Shown: positions 41,883 through 51,477 of the stretch, piece by piece
Numbering within the stretch: position 1 is the first letter of the stretch
Layout: each line of letters opens with the position of its first letter
Assembly: GCA_041946735.1 (NCBI GenBank)
Contig: JBHGAY010000020.1
Coordinates: 47,238-111,237 of the forward strand
From: Candidatus Eiseniibacteriota bacterium
GTDB lineage: Bacteria; Eisenbacteria; RBG-16-71-46; CAIMUX01; VGJL01
DNA: 64,000 bases
Direction: 5' to 3'
Translations under genes and position numbers: made by a program
The notes under the pieces: generated by a model
What the model was told of the DNA's origin: nothing
What the model saw: only the letters and a program-made list of their open reading frames with translations
The model's database searches: none

Positions 41883-42914
41883 TCAGGTGCTCCGCATCAG
41901 GACCTTCTCGTACTGCACGAGATCGTCGAGGATCTTCCCGGCCCCGAGGACGACGGCCGACAGGGCGCCGTCGGCGACGCGGATCGGCAGATGCGTCGTC
42001 TCGCGCAGGAGCTGGTCCATCCCGCGCAGCAGGGCTCCTCCCCCTGTCATCACGATCCCTCGATCGACGATGTCGCTCGCCAGCTCGGGCGGCGTCTTCT
42101 CCAGCGACTGCTTCAACGCCTCCACGATCGCGCCGATCGGCTCTTGCAGCGCGTCGCGCACCTCGACCGACGTGATCCGGATCGTCTTCGGAATCCCACC
42201 GATCAGATCGCGACCCTTCACCTCCATCTCCAGCTCATCCTCGAGCGGGAACGCGCTTCCGGTCTGGATCTTGATCAGCTCCGCCGTCTGGTCTCCGATC
42301 AGCAGATTGAACGCCCTCTTGACGTACTGCATGATCGCCTCGTCCATCTTGTCGCCACCGATGCGGATGGACGTGTCGTTGACGATCCCGTTCAGGGTCA
42401 TCACGGCGATCTCGGTCGTTCCCCCCCCGATGTCGATCACCATGTTCCCCATCGGCCGCTCGACCGGCAGCCCTACGCCGATCGCCGCGGCGATCGGCTC
42501 GGCCACGAGGAAGGTGTCGCGCGCGCCGGCATGCTCGACGGAGTCGCGGACCGCGCGCTTCTCCACCTCGGTGATCCCGGAGGGGACGCAGACGATCACG
42601 CGCGGCTTGACGAGGAAGCGGCGGCTCTGGACCTTCACGATCAGCTTGCGGAGGAGATCCTCGGTCTTCTCGAAGTCCGCGATCACTCCGTCCTTCATCG
42701 GACGGACCGCGTCGATGCCCATCGGCGTGCGCCCGAGCATCGCCTTCGCTTCGGAACCGACCGCGAGGACCTTGTTCGTGAGCTTGTCGACCGCGACGAC
42801 GGAGGGTTCGTTGAGGACGATGCCACGGCCCTTGACGTAGATCAGCGTATTCGCCGTTCCGAGATCGATGGCGATGTCGTTCGACATCAGACCCATGAGC
42901 CGACCAAACGCCAT
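41883..42914 (-). CDS. mreB: Actin-like MreB
   Basis: IAIDLGTANT, NEPSVVA, RPMKDGVIADF, EPIAAAIG, IDIGGGTTE, TGGGALL. Confidence 0.98.
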   Translation of the reverse strand: MAFGRLMGLMSNDIAIDLGTANTLIYVKGRGIVLNEPSVVAVDKLTNKVLAVGSEAKAMLGRTPMGIDAVRPMKDGVIADFEKTEDLLRKLIVKVQSRRFLVKPRVIVCVPSGITEVEKRAVRDSVEHAGARDTFLVAEPIAAAIGVGLPVERPMGNMVIDIGGGTTEIAVMTLNGIVNDTSIRIGGDKMDEAIMQYVKRAFNLLIGDQTAELIKIQTGSAFPLEDELEMEVKGRDLIGGIPKTIRITSVEVRDALQEPIGAIVEALKQSLEKTPPELASDIVDRGIVMTGGGALLRGMDQLLRETTHLPIRVADGALSAVVLGAGKILDDLVQYEKVLMRST

Positions 42915-42955
42915 CGCTGCGTCCTCCCGCGCCCGTGCCCGTCCATTCCTGCGGG

Positions 42956-42984
42956 ACGCTAGCAAAGGGATCGAGCCTCCGCAA
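42956..42984 (-). promoter_or_regulatory. Candidate sigma70 promoter for the mre operon
   Basis: TTGCGG-N17-TAGCGT with a TGn extension. Confidence 0.4.
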
Positions 42985-43041
42985 GGATTCGCCTCTCCGC
43001 CGCGCGCCGATCCTCGTGGACGATGCCGCCCGGCCGCTCGA

Positions 43042-43071
43042 TTGACGCCCCGATCGGGCGGGCGGTACGCT
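43042..43071 (+). promoter_or_regulatory. Candidate sigma70 promoter divergent from mreB
   Basis: TTGACG-N18-TACGCT. Confidence 0.45.
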
Positions 43072-43124
43072 GCGAAAGGGTTGCCGGGATCGATCGACGA
43101 GAAGAGAGGAAGGGGAACCGGAGG

Positions 43125-43781
43125 ATGCGGGGACGCCCGCGCAACGTGAGACGCTCGTTCCCTGCCACCGTCCGGCTGGCCCCGCGCCGGGCCGGCTTTC
43201 TCCTCCGCCGCCGCGCGCTGGCGATCCCTCTCGCCGTCGCCCTCGCCGTCACCGCGCCCGCCGCCGTCGCCGCCACGAGTGCTGCCGCGCCCGATCGGCC
43301 CGGCTCGGTGGCCCCCTCCCCCGCCACGCATTCCCTCCCGGATGGCCAACATCTCTCCGGGCGCGTGGTCGATGGCTCGGGCCGCCCGCTCGCCGGAACG
43401 CAGGCGCGTCTCTTCGTGGGAGGTCTGCCGGTGTCGGCCGCCGTCTCGGACACGACCGGCTCCTTCCGGCTCGATTTCGCCCTCTCCTACGGAAAGGACG
43501 AGACCGCCGTGGTCTTCTGGATGCCGGCGCACGCCGACCTCGTCCCGGAGATCGCCCTGCTGCGGGAGTCGAGCGCCGACCTGGCTGCCGGGATCTGGAG
43601 TCCCTGCGTCCCGCGCCTCGGGGGCGGAACGACGGAAGGCCTGACGGTCCGCATCCTCGACCGACTCGCCTTCCGGCGCTGGATCGCGGAACGGGGATGC
43701 ACGAGTCCGGGCGCTCCGCGCGTGTCGGGCTTTCCGGCGAATTCCGGCGCCGAGGAGCCGGCAAAAGGAACCGAACCATGA
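43125..43781 (+). CDS. Exported protein with a carboxypeptidase-regulatory-like domain
   Basis: Signal-like segment then LSGRVVDGSGRPLAG...SDTTGSFRL; start uncertain; ATGA overlap with the next gene. Confidence 0.65.
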   Translation: MRGRPRNVRRSFPATVRLAPRRAGFLLRRRALAIPLAVALAVTAPAAVAATSAAAPDRPGSVAPSPATHSLPDGQHLSGRVVDGSGRPLAGTQARLFVGGLPVSAAVSDTTGSFRLDFALSYGKDETAVVFWMPAHADLVPEIALLRESSADLAAGIWSPCVPRLGGGTTEGLTVRILDRLAFRRWIAERGCTSPGAPRVSGFPANSGAEEPAKGTEP

Positions 43782-45352
43782 CGCTCTTCCGCCGCTCCAC
43801 GACCCGGCTCCTGCTTCCGCTCACCGCCGCCATCGCCGCAGCCGCCACGGGCATGCTGTCGTGCGGGGACGATGGGGGCCCGGTGGGGCCCGCCGCGGAG
43901 ACGCCTCGCCCGCCGTCGCACGTGCAAGTCGTCTCGACGTCCCCCGGCGAAATCGTCCTGGCCTGGCGGGACAACACGATCGACGAGACCGGATTCCGGA
44001 TCGAGCGGGCCGCTGGCGAAGAAACCGGGTTCGCCGTGCTCGACACCGTGCCGCGCAACACCACGGTCTACCACGATCTGTCGGTGGCCAGCGGAGAGAG
44101 CTACTCCTACCGGGTCCGCGCCTACGTCCATTCTCTCGAGAGCGACCCGGACGGGACGGTGCGCGGAATCGCGGCGGCCGACCAGCCGCCGATCGCGCCC
44201 TCGAACCCCTACCCCGGCGTCGACGCCTTCGACGTCGGCGAAGGCGGGCTCACCCTCTCCTGGGACGGCGGGGATCCAGACACCGAGGACTCCTTGACGT
44301 ACGACGTCGCTTTCGGGCGGGCGCCCAACCAGATGGCGAGCATCGCCTCGGGCGTCACCGAGGAGACCGCCGCCGTCCCGGCGCCCGTCATGCCCAACGC
44401 CCACTACTACTGGCAGGTGGTGGCGCGCGACAGCAAGGGGGCGATGCGCTACGGGCCGGTCTGGAGCTTCCGGACGCGTGTCGACCGCGTGTCGATCGAA
44501 GGGGGATGGCTCGTGATGGGCGACGACCTCGAGTTCGTCCACCCGGGCAACCCGGTCTCCGTCCAAGCGTTCGAGATCGACCGCTACGAAGTGACCGCCC
44601 AGCAGTATGCGGACTTCCTCAACCGAGCGCTGCGCGCCGGCCCTCCGCAGGTCTCGCTGCGGGGCGGGCGAGTCCTCGACGCCAGCGGGCAGGTCCTCCT
44701 CGCCGAGACTCAGGAGCGCGACTCCGACAGCCAGATCGCCTACGACCCGATCGACTCGCTCTTCGTCGCCCTGCCCGGCCGCGAGTCGTTCCCGGTGACC
44801 GAAGTCACCTGGTACGGCGCGAAGGAGTACGCCCGCTCACTGGGCCGCCGCCTTCCGACCGAGGCGGAGTGGGAGTTTGCCGCGAAGGGGAACGGGACCG
44901 AGGAAGGGGAGCGCGTCTTCGAGGTGCGTCTCCCGGACGACGAGGTCGCCGTCGTGCACGTAGGGGTCGGCCGGACCTACCCGTGGGGGGAGGAAGCGGA
45001 CGCGCGGCGCGCGAACTACCAGGGAAGCGGCGACCCGTTCGAAGGGCAGAAGCGCGTGGAGACGACCCCGATCGGCTTCTTCGACGGGCGCTCGCATGGA
45101 GGGTTCGCGACCGAGGACGGATCGAGCCCCTTCGGCGTCCACGACATGGGAGGCAACGTCTGGGAGTGGACGGAGGACTGGGTCGGTCCGTACACCTCGC
45201 CCCACGATCCTCCCGAAGGGGGCGCGCTCAAGGCGATCCGCGGAGGGGCGTGGAACCGGGGCGTCGCCTCGATGCAGACCTCGCGTCGCGCCGGGGCCGA
45301 CCCCACGACGGCCGACCAGGCGATCGGCTTCCGGACCGCCGCCTCCCGCTAA
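43778..45352 (+). CDS. Lipoprotein with FN3 domains and a C-terminal FGE-sulfatase (SUMF1-like) domain
   Basis: Lipobox MLSC; LAWRDN...GFRIER...YSYRVRAY; YYWQVVARD; FEIDRYEVT, RRLPTEAEWEFAA, DMGGNVWEW, RGGAW, IGFR. Confidence 0.9.
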   Translation: MTLFRRSTTRLLLPLTAAIAAAATGMLSCGDDGGPVGPAAETPRPPSHVQVVSTSPGEIVLAWRDNTIDETGFRIERAAGEETGFAVLDTVPRNTTVYHDLSVASGESYSYRVRAYVHSLESDPDGTVRGIAAADQPPIAPSNPYPGVDAFDVGEGGLTLSWDGGDPDTEDSLTYDVAFGRAPNQMASIASGVTEETAAVPAPVMPNAHYYWQVVARDSKGAMRYGPVWSFRTRVDRVSIEGGWLVMGDDLEFVHPGNPVSVQAFEIDRYEVTAQQYADFLNRALRAGPPQVSLRGGRVLDASGQVLLAETQERDSDSQIAYDPIDSLFVALPGRESFPVTEVTWYGAKEYARSLGRRLPTEAEWEFAAKGNGTEEGERVFEVRLPDDEVAVVHVGVGRTYPWGEEADARRANYQGSGDPFEGQKRVETTPIGFFDGRSHGGFATEDGSSPFGVHDMGGNVWEWTEDWVGPYTSPHDPPEGGALKAIRGGAWNRGVASMQTSRRAGADPTTADQAIGFRTAASR

Positions 45353-45404
45353 GAGCCTCTCCGCGAGGAAGCCCTCCTGGGGCTTGCGCTCAGCTCAGCT
45401 CGCC

Positions 45405-46016
45405 TCAGCTCGCCTCGCTCGCCGGTCCGGCGTCCTCCGGATCGGGCGGGATCTGGCTCCCGCGCGCCGGCTGGATCATCCGCGCGCGATCGAGCGCCTG
45501 CGCGAAAGCCGCCTCGAGACCCGCCGGAATCCTTCCGCGCAGCGCCTCGAACATCTCCGTGAAGTGACGGACGGTCGGTCCTGGGCCGCGCCGGAACGCC
45601 TTCCAGACGTCCGCGCCGACGCGCTCGTACGCGTCGACCAGCGTGGCGAGGTTGTGCGTCTTGTCGGCGGCGGCGACCAGGCAGGCTTCCGGAGAAGCGG
45701 TGCGGATTCGCTCCACCATCCGGCGCTTGCGCTCCTCCCACCGGAGCGACTTGTCTTCCGACACCTCCTCCACGATTCCGGTGATGCGCGCGCCGAAGCC
45801 TTCTTCCAGGTCCTCGCGCGTCACCCCGGTGTCCTCGAGCAGGTCGTGCAGGAGCGCGGCGATCACCGCATCCTCGCTCCCGCCGTTCGCCTGCACCATC
45901 AGGGCAACGTGGATCGGATGTGTCGCGTAGGGAACGTCGGGATCCGCCTTGCGCGACTGGCCGGCGTGCGCGCGCATCGCGAGCTGGATCGCCTTCTCGA
46001 GCCGCTCGGAGTACAT
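45405..46016 (-). CDS. Stand-alone HD-domain hydrolase (Mesh1/SpoT-HD-like)
   Basis: AHAGQSRK, PYATHP, AALLHDLLEDT, VSEDK, AADKTHN. Confidence 0.88.
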   Translation of the reverse strand: MYSERLEKAIQLAMRAHAGQSRKADPDVPYATHPIHVALMVQANGGSEDAVIAALLHDLLEDTGVTREDLEEGFGARITGIVEEVSEDKSLRWEERKRRMVERIRTASPEACLVAAADKTHNLATLVDAYERVGADVWKAFRRGPGPTVRHFTEMFEALRGRIPAGLEAAFAQALDRARMIQPARGSQIPPDPEDAGPASEAS

Positions 46017-46170
46017 CGTGGCCACCTCCCGGAGCGCGCGCGCTCCTTCCTTCCCCCGGATCGTAGCCGGTTTCCGGAGCGACGGAGGCCGCCCGAGATC
46101 CAACCCGCGCGGCCTCCGCCGATCGATCGCTCGTGGTCGACCGGTCGATTCGCGGTTCTCTAGCGGTCCT

Positions 46171-46746
46171 CTAGTAGTTCTCGCTGGCCAGCTCGAAGTG
46201 CTCCTGAGGATGCAGGCAAGCGGGGCAGCGTCCCGGAGCGTCCGGCCCCTCGTGCACGTAGCCGCAATTGCGGCAACGCCACCGCACCTTCCCTTCGCGA
46301 TGGAAGACCTGCTTCGACTCGACGTTCTCCCGGAGCTTGCGGAAGCGCGTCTCGTGCTCCTTCTCCGCCTTCGCGATCATCAGGAAGGCGCTCGCGATCT
46401 CGCCGAAACCCTCCTCTTTCGCGATCCCCGCGAAATGCGGATAGAGCGTCGACCACTCCTCGTTCTCGCCCTCCGCCGCCGCCAGGAGATTTTCGGAAGT
46501 CGTCCCGGTCTTGCCCGCCGGGTAGGTAGCGGTGATCTCCGCCATCCCTCCCTCGAGGAAGGAGAAGAATCGCTTCGCGTGCTCGCGCTCGTTGTCCGCC
46601 GTATCGAGGAACAGAGCCTCGATCTGCCGGAACCCCTCCTTGCGCGCGACGCCCGCCGCGTAGGTGTAACGGTTGCGGGCTTGCGACTCGCCCGCGAAAG
46701 CCGCGAGCAGGTTCTTCTCGGTGCGCGTTCCCCGAATACTCGGCAT
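46171..46746 (-). CDS. rbr: Rubrerythrin
   Basis: TEKNLLAAFAGESQARNRY, NEREHAK, GENEE, AEKEHE, CRNCGY...CPAC. Confidence 0.96.
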   Translation of the reverse strand: MPSIRGTRTEKNLLAAFAGESQARNRYTYAAGVARKEGFRQIEALFLDTADNEREHAKRFFSFLEGGMAEITATYPAGKTGTTSENLLAAAEGENEEWSTLYPHFAGIAKEEGFGEIASAFLMIAKAEKEHETRFRKLRENVESKQVFHREGKVRWRCRNCGYVHEGPDAPGRCPACLHPQEHFELASENY

Positions 46747-47091
46747 CGTCCCCTCCCTTCCCATTGGACCATCCCCGTTGCCCGGCCCGATCGCGCCCGC
46801 GCGGACCGTCGCGGCCAGCCGGATTCTAGCGCTTTCCTCGGAATCCGGGGAGTCATCCGAAAAACTGCCCGCGCGGTCCCGCGCGTGCCGTCCGGCGGCA
46901 GCCGCAAGCCCGCGGCCGCTGTCGCTCGCCAGCATGCCGCACCCCTCGCCGGTCGCGCCGGACTGTATAGTGGAGGAGACGCGAAGGCAGAAGCGGAATG
47001 TGAACGGCCCGTGGAGCGAAGAGGCCCTCGCGATCCGCCGGCAGGCGCCGGCGAGACCTGTCCACGCTTCCCGCGGGCCTGCTGGAGGCGC

Positions 47092-48141
47092 ATGCGAATC
47101 GCACAGGTTTCCCCATTGTTCGAAAGCGTCCCTCCTCGTTCCTACGGCGGGACCGAACGCGTGGTGTCGTATTTGACCGAGGAGCTTGTCCGCCAGGGGC
47201 ACGAGGTCACGCTCTTCGCCAGCGGCGATTCCGCGACGCGCGCCGAGCTGATCCCCTGCTGCCCGCGCGCCCTCCGGCTTTCGGGCAGCCAGCAGCCGAT
47301 CGCGCATCACGTCCTGCAAATCGAACGCGTGCTCCGGGAAGCGCCGCGGTTCGACCGGATCCATTTCCACGTCGATCTGCTGCATTTCCCCGTCGCGAGG
47401 CGCCTCCGCGTCCCCCACGTGACGACGCTCCACGGCCGTCTCGACATGCCGGATCTCATCCCGCTCTACGACGAGTTCCGCGAGACTCCCCTCGTCTCGA
47501 TTTCCGACGATCAGCGCCGCCCCTTGCCGCGCGCAGGATGGAGGGGAACGGTGCATCATGGACTGCCGGGCGACCTCTACCGTCCCGGCGACGGCTCGGG
47601 CGGCTACCTCGCCTTTCTCGGACGGATCTCGCCGGAAAAAGGAATCGACCGGGCGATCGCCATCGCGGAGAAGGCCGGGGTGCTCCTGAAGATCGCCGCG
47701 AAGGTGGACCCGGCCGACCGCGACTATTACGAGACGCGGATCCGTCCCATGCTCCGGTCCCGTTGGGTGGAGTACATCGGAGAGATCGGCGAGGAGGAGA
47801 AACAGGAGTTCCTGGGCAACGCGCGGGCGCTGCTCTTCCCGATCGACTGGCCCGAGCCGTTCGGGCTCGTCATGATCGAGGCGATGGCGTGCGGGACTCC
47901 CGTGATCGCTCGCCGCCGGGGATCGGTCCCCGAGATCCTCGAGGAAGGACGGACCGGCTTCCTCGTCGAGGACGAGGCGGGCGCCGTCAAGGCGGTCGAA
48001 AACCTTTCGTGGATCGATCGGAGGCGCTGCCGCGAGGAGTTCGAGCGCCGCTTCCTGGCCTCCCGAATGGCGCGCGATTATCTGCGGATCTACGAGTCGC
48101 TCCGCCCTGTGGACGAGGCCGCGCTTTCGACCGCATCGTGA
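47092..48141 (+). CDS. Glycosyltransferase family 4
   Basis: MRIAQVSPLFESVPPRSYGGTERVV, FLGRISPEKG, WPEPFGLVMIEAMACGTPV. Confidence 0.93.
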   Translation: MRIAQVSPLFESVPPRSYGGTERVVSYLTEELVRQGHEVTLFASGDSATRAELIPCCPRALRLSGSQQPIAHHVLQIERVLREAPRFDRIHFHVDLLHFPVARRLRVPHVTTLHGRLDMPDLIPLYDEFRETPLVSISDDQRRPLPRAGWRGTVHHGLPGDLYRPGDGSGGYLAFLGRISPEKGIDRAIAIAEKAGVLLKIAAKVDPADRDYYETRIRPMLRSRWVEYIGEIGEEEKQEFLGNARALLFPIDWPEPFGLVMIEAMACGTPVIARRRGSVPEILEEGRTGFLVEDEAGAVKAVENLSWIDRRRCREEFERRFLASRMARDYLRIYESLRPVDEAALSTAS

Positions 48142-48179
48142 CGCGCGCCGCCTCGGACGGCGAAAGGAGCCACGCATCG

Positions 48180-50351
48180 ATGGAGTCGATCGAGAGTCAG
48201 CTCGACAACTATTACATTCTCGCGACCGCCGGCCGCGCGGACGAGAGGACGCGCGTCCTCAAGCAAGGGGACTCCTTCGGCGTCTTCGATCACTACGGCG
48301 ATCTGATCCCGGGCGGGATGGGAGAGCAAGGGCTCTACCACCAGGGCACCCGCTTCCTGTCCTCCCATCGGATGCAGCTCGGGAACCTCCGCCCCCTGCT
48401 CTTGAGCTCCACCGTCCGCGAGGAGAACGATCTGCTCGCCGTCGATCTCACGAACCCCGACCTCCTCACTCCCGGCGGGCTGCTGACGCCCCGCGGGACG
48501 ATCCACCTCTTTCGATCGAAGTTCCTCTGGAAGTGCGCCTGCCACGAGCGCGTCCGCCTCTCGAACTACGCCGCGCAGCCGCTCGAGCTGCTCCTCGTCT
48601 TTCGCATGGACGCCGACTATGCCGACATCTTCGAGGTCCGGGGCACGCGGCGAGCGCGCCGCGGCGAACGCCTCCCGGTCCGCCGCGAAGCGAACGGCTT
48701 CTCCTTCGGCTACCGCGGGCTCGACGGAGTCGTCCGGCGCACGGACGTGAGCTTCGACCCGCAGCCCGACGAGATCGAGGATGGTGTGGCGGCGTTCCAC
48801 GTCCGCCTCGCGCCGCAGCAATCGATGTCGATCACGAGCGCGATCCGGTTTCGGATCGAGGGATCGCCTCCCCCGCCGTCGCTCTCCTTCGAGCAGGCCG
48901 TGGACGAAAGCCGCGAAGAGGTCGACCGCAGGAAGCGCGGCGGCTGCGCGATCGAGACCTCGAGCGGTGGGTTCAACTCCTGGGTGCGCCGTTCGCTGTC
49001 CGACCTGCACATGATGGTCACGCCGATGCCGACCGGCCCGTATCCCTATGCGGGGATCCCCTGGTTCAGCACACCGTTCGGCCGCGACGGCATCCTGACG
49101 GCGCTCCAGACGCTCTGGATCGATCCGGCCCTCGCGCGCGGCGTCCTCTCCTACCTGGCTGCGACCCAGGCGCAAGCGGTCGTCCCGGAGCAGGACGCCG
49201 AGCCGGGGAAGATCCTCCACGAGGCGCGAAGCGGAGAGATGGCGGCGCTCGGCGAGGTCCCGTTCGGGCGCTACTACGGAAGCGTCGACTCCACCCCGCT
49301 CTTCCTGATCCTCGCGGGCGCCTACTACCGCCGCACCGGCGACCTCGAGTTCGTGCGCAGCCTCGAGGGATCGATCGAGGCCGCCCTCCGGTGGATCGAC
49401 TGCTACGGGGATCGGGACGGCGACGGCTTCGTCGAGTACCAGAGCCGCACGCCGCGCGGCCTCGCGCAGCAGGGATGGAAGGACTCCCAGGACTCCGTCT
49501 TCCACGCCGATGGAAGCCCCGCCGAGGGCCCGATCGCGCTCTGCGAAGTGCAGGGATACGTCTATGCGGCCTGGCGCGCGGCGGCCCGCATCCACGAAGC
49601 CTGCGGCCGCGAGGAGCGGGCGGAGGGGCTGCGCGCACGCGCCGAGGCGTTCCGGGAGCGCTTCGCCGCCGCGTTCTGGTGTCCGGACATCCAGACCTAC
49701 GCCCTCGCGCTCGATGGGACGAAGCAGCCGTGCCGCGTCCGCACCTCCAACGCCGGCCACCTGCTCTGGAGCCGGATCTGCGACGCGGACCGCGCACGCA
49801 AAGTCGCCTTCGGCCTCCTCTCGCGCGACTTCTACACCGGCTGGGGCGTGCGGACGGTGGCGGCGAGCGAGGCGCGCTACAACCCGATGTCCTACCACAA
49901 CGGATCGGTCTGGCCGCACGACAACGCCATCCTCGCCCTCGGTCTCTGCCGCTACGGCCTCACCGACCTGGCGCTCCAGCCGATGACCGGCCTCTACGAG
50001 GTGAGCCGGTCGGTCGACCTGCACCGGATGCCGGAGCTGTTTTGCGGCTTTCCGCGCCGTTCCGGGGAAGGTCCCACCCTCTATCCGGTCGCCTGCGCTC
50101 CGCAAGCTTGGTCGGCCGCCGCCGTCTTCTCCCTCCTCGCCGCCTGTCTCGGCCTCGCGATCGACTCGGCTCGCGCGCAGGAGGTCCGCCTGCACCATTC
50201 GCTCCTGCCGGCGTTCCTCGACTGGGTGCGTATCGAGAACCTGCGGGTCGGCTCTTCGCGCCTGTCGCTGCTCCTCGAGAGGCACGCAAACAACGTCGGA
50301 ATCGAGATCCTCTCGCGGGAGGGGGACGTCCAGATCATCGCGGTCAAGTGA
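48180..50351 (+). CDS. Amylo-alpha-1,6-glucosidase / glycogen-debranching-like (alpha/alpha)6 hydrolase
   Basis: YAGIPWFSTPFGRDG, EPGKILHE, YYGSVDSTPLF, QGWKDS, YHNGSVWPHDN, PELFCG, ACAPQAW. Confidence 0.92.
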   Translation: MESIESQLDNYYILATAGRADERTRVLKQGDSFGVFDHYGDLIPGGMGEQGLYHQGTRFLSSHRMQLGNLRPLLLSSTVREENDLLAVDLTNPDLLTPGGLLTPRGTIHLFRSKFLWKCACHERVRLSNYAAQPLELLLVFRMDADYADIFEVRGTRRARRGERLPVRREANGFSFGYRGLDGVVRRTDVSFDPQPDEIEDGVAAFHVRLAPQQSMSITSAIRFRIEGSPPPPSLSFEQAVDESREEVDRRKRGGCAIETSSGGFNSWVRRSLSDLHMMVTPMPTGPYPYAGIPWFSTPFGRDGILTALQTLWIDPALARGVLSYLAATQAQAVVPEQDAEPGKILHEARSGEMAALGEVPFGRYYGSVDSTPLFLILAGAYYRRTGDLEFVRSLEGSIEAALRWIDCYGDRDGDGFVEYQSRTPRGLAQQGWKDSQDSVFHADGSPAEGPIALCEVQGYVYAAWRAAARIHEACGREERAEGLRARAEAFRERFAAAFWCPDIQTYALALDGTKQPCRVRTSNAGHLLWSRICDADRARKVAFGLLSRDFYTGWGVRTVAASEARYNPMSYHNGSVWPHDNAILALGLCRYGLTDLALQPMTGLYEVSRSVDLHRMPELFCGFPRRSGEGPTLYPVACAPQAWSAAAVFSLLAACLGLAIDSARAQEVRLHHSLLPAFLDWVRIENLRVGSSRLSLLLERHANNVGIEILSREGDVQIIAVK

Positions 50352-50475
50352 GGCGGGGCGCCCCTCGCTCCGCCCGCGGCGGCGAGCGCCCTCTGGCGGG
50401 CCCGTCCCATAGACTCTTCTGGCGCGGCGCGCCGGGCCGTGGCATCCTTCCGGCGGTCCAGGCGAAGGAGGTGCG

Positions 50476-51477
50476 ATGCGCCTGTGGATCCTCGCGATCC
50501 TGCTTACGCTTGCGGCCGCCGCCTACCAGAGGATGACCGGCCCGACCCATCCGGTCTCCGGGGTCGTCGAGATCGAAGGAGAGAGGATCCGCTACCGTCT
50601 CCCGCGCTCGCACGGAGGGGCGGGGGGCGCCCCGGTCTCGATCGCCGTCCCGGACCGCGGGATCGACGGCTTCCTCGTCTGGCGGTGGCGCGGAGCGGGC
50701 AGTCCCGCCGACACGATCCCGCTGCGGCGGGACGGAGAACGCCTCGTCGCCGCTCTGCCCCACCAGCCCCCCGCCGCTAAGGTCGCCTACCGGATCCACC
50801 TGCAGAAGGGGGGCGCGTCGATGCCGTTGCCGCCCGAGGGGCCCATCGTCCTGCGCTTCAAGGGGCGCGTCTCTCCCCTCGTCCTCGTGCCCCACGTCGT
50901 CGCGATGTTCCTCGGCATGCTCTGGTCGAACCGGACCGGTCTCGAGGCGCTCCGGCGGCGGCCCAAGCTTCGCAACGGCCCTCTCACGTCGTTCGTGCTG
51001 ATCGCGATCGGCGGGATGATCCTCGGGCCGATCGTCCAGAAGCAGGCGTTCGGCGCCTATTGGACGGGAGTGCCGTGGGGCTGGGATCTGACCGACAACA
51101 AGACCCTGATCGCCTTTCTCGCCTGGGGCATCGCGGCGCTCCTCGCTCGCCGGCGCACGCTCGCTCGAGAAGCGTCGGTGGCGGCCGCCGCCATCACGCT
51201 CGTCATCTTCCTCATTCCCCACAGCCTGCTCGGCTCCGAGCTGAAGTACGAAGACCGGCCACGGGACGCCGCGGGCGTCCTGTCCGCGGCGGTCTTGCGC
51301 ACGCGCGGCACGGTCGGCAGCGCCGCCGGGCCCGCCTTCACGACCGAACAGCGAGCGCCACGGAAGGGCTGGCATCGCGACGGATCGCAAGCTCCCGCGG
51401 TCCGGGAAGGGCGAGAGCCAGGTCCTGCTCCCGATCGAGAAGGCGGTGAAGCGCCTGGGTCGCGATCGCCAGCGTGA
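50476..51477 (+). CDS. Hypothetical membrane protein
   Basis: AAGGAGG RBS; N-terminal TM, soluble domain, then 4 TMs (PHVVAMF, GGMILGPIVQKQAFG, WGWDLTDNKTLIA); low-information tail. Confidence 0.8.
   Translation: MRLWILAILLTLAAAAYQRMTGPTHPVSGVVEIEGERIRYRLPRSHGGAGGAPVSIAVPDRGIDGFLVWRWRGAGSPADTIPLRRDGERLVAALPHQPPAAKVAYRIHLQKGGASMPLPPEGPIVLRFKGRVSPLVLVPHVVAMFLGMLWSNRTGLEALRRRPKLRNGPLTSFVLIAIGGMILGPIVQKQAFGAYWTGVPWGWDLTDNKTLIAFLAWGIAALLARRRTLAREASVAAAAITLVIFLIPHSLLGSELKYEDRPRDAAGVLSAAVLRTRGTVGSAAGPAFTTEQRAPRKGWHRDGSQAPAVREGREPGPAPDREGGEAPGSRSPA

Noticed and set aside
45150..45352. FGE-sulfatase C-terminus as a diversity-generating retroelement target
   Set aside because: I found no second copy (template repeat) and no reverse transcriptase in the window.
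46171..48177. 668-aa rubrerythrin fusion suggested by the ORF track
   Set aside because: The upstream extension is antisense to the GT4 gene; a good RBS precedes ATG 46746.
50440..50455. TGGCATCCTTCCGGC as a sigma54 site
   Set aside because: GG-N10-GC spacing is present, but the -12 element (CGGC) is poor and likely by chance at this GC content.
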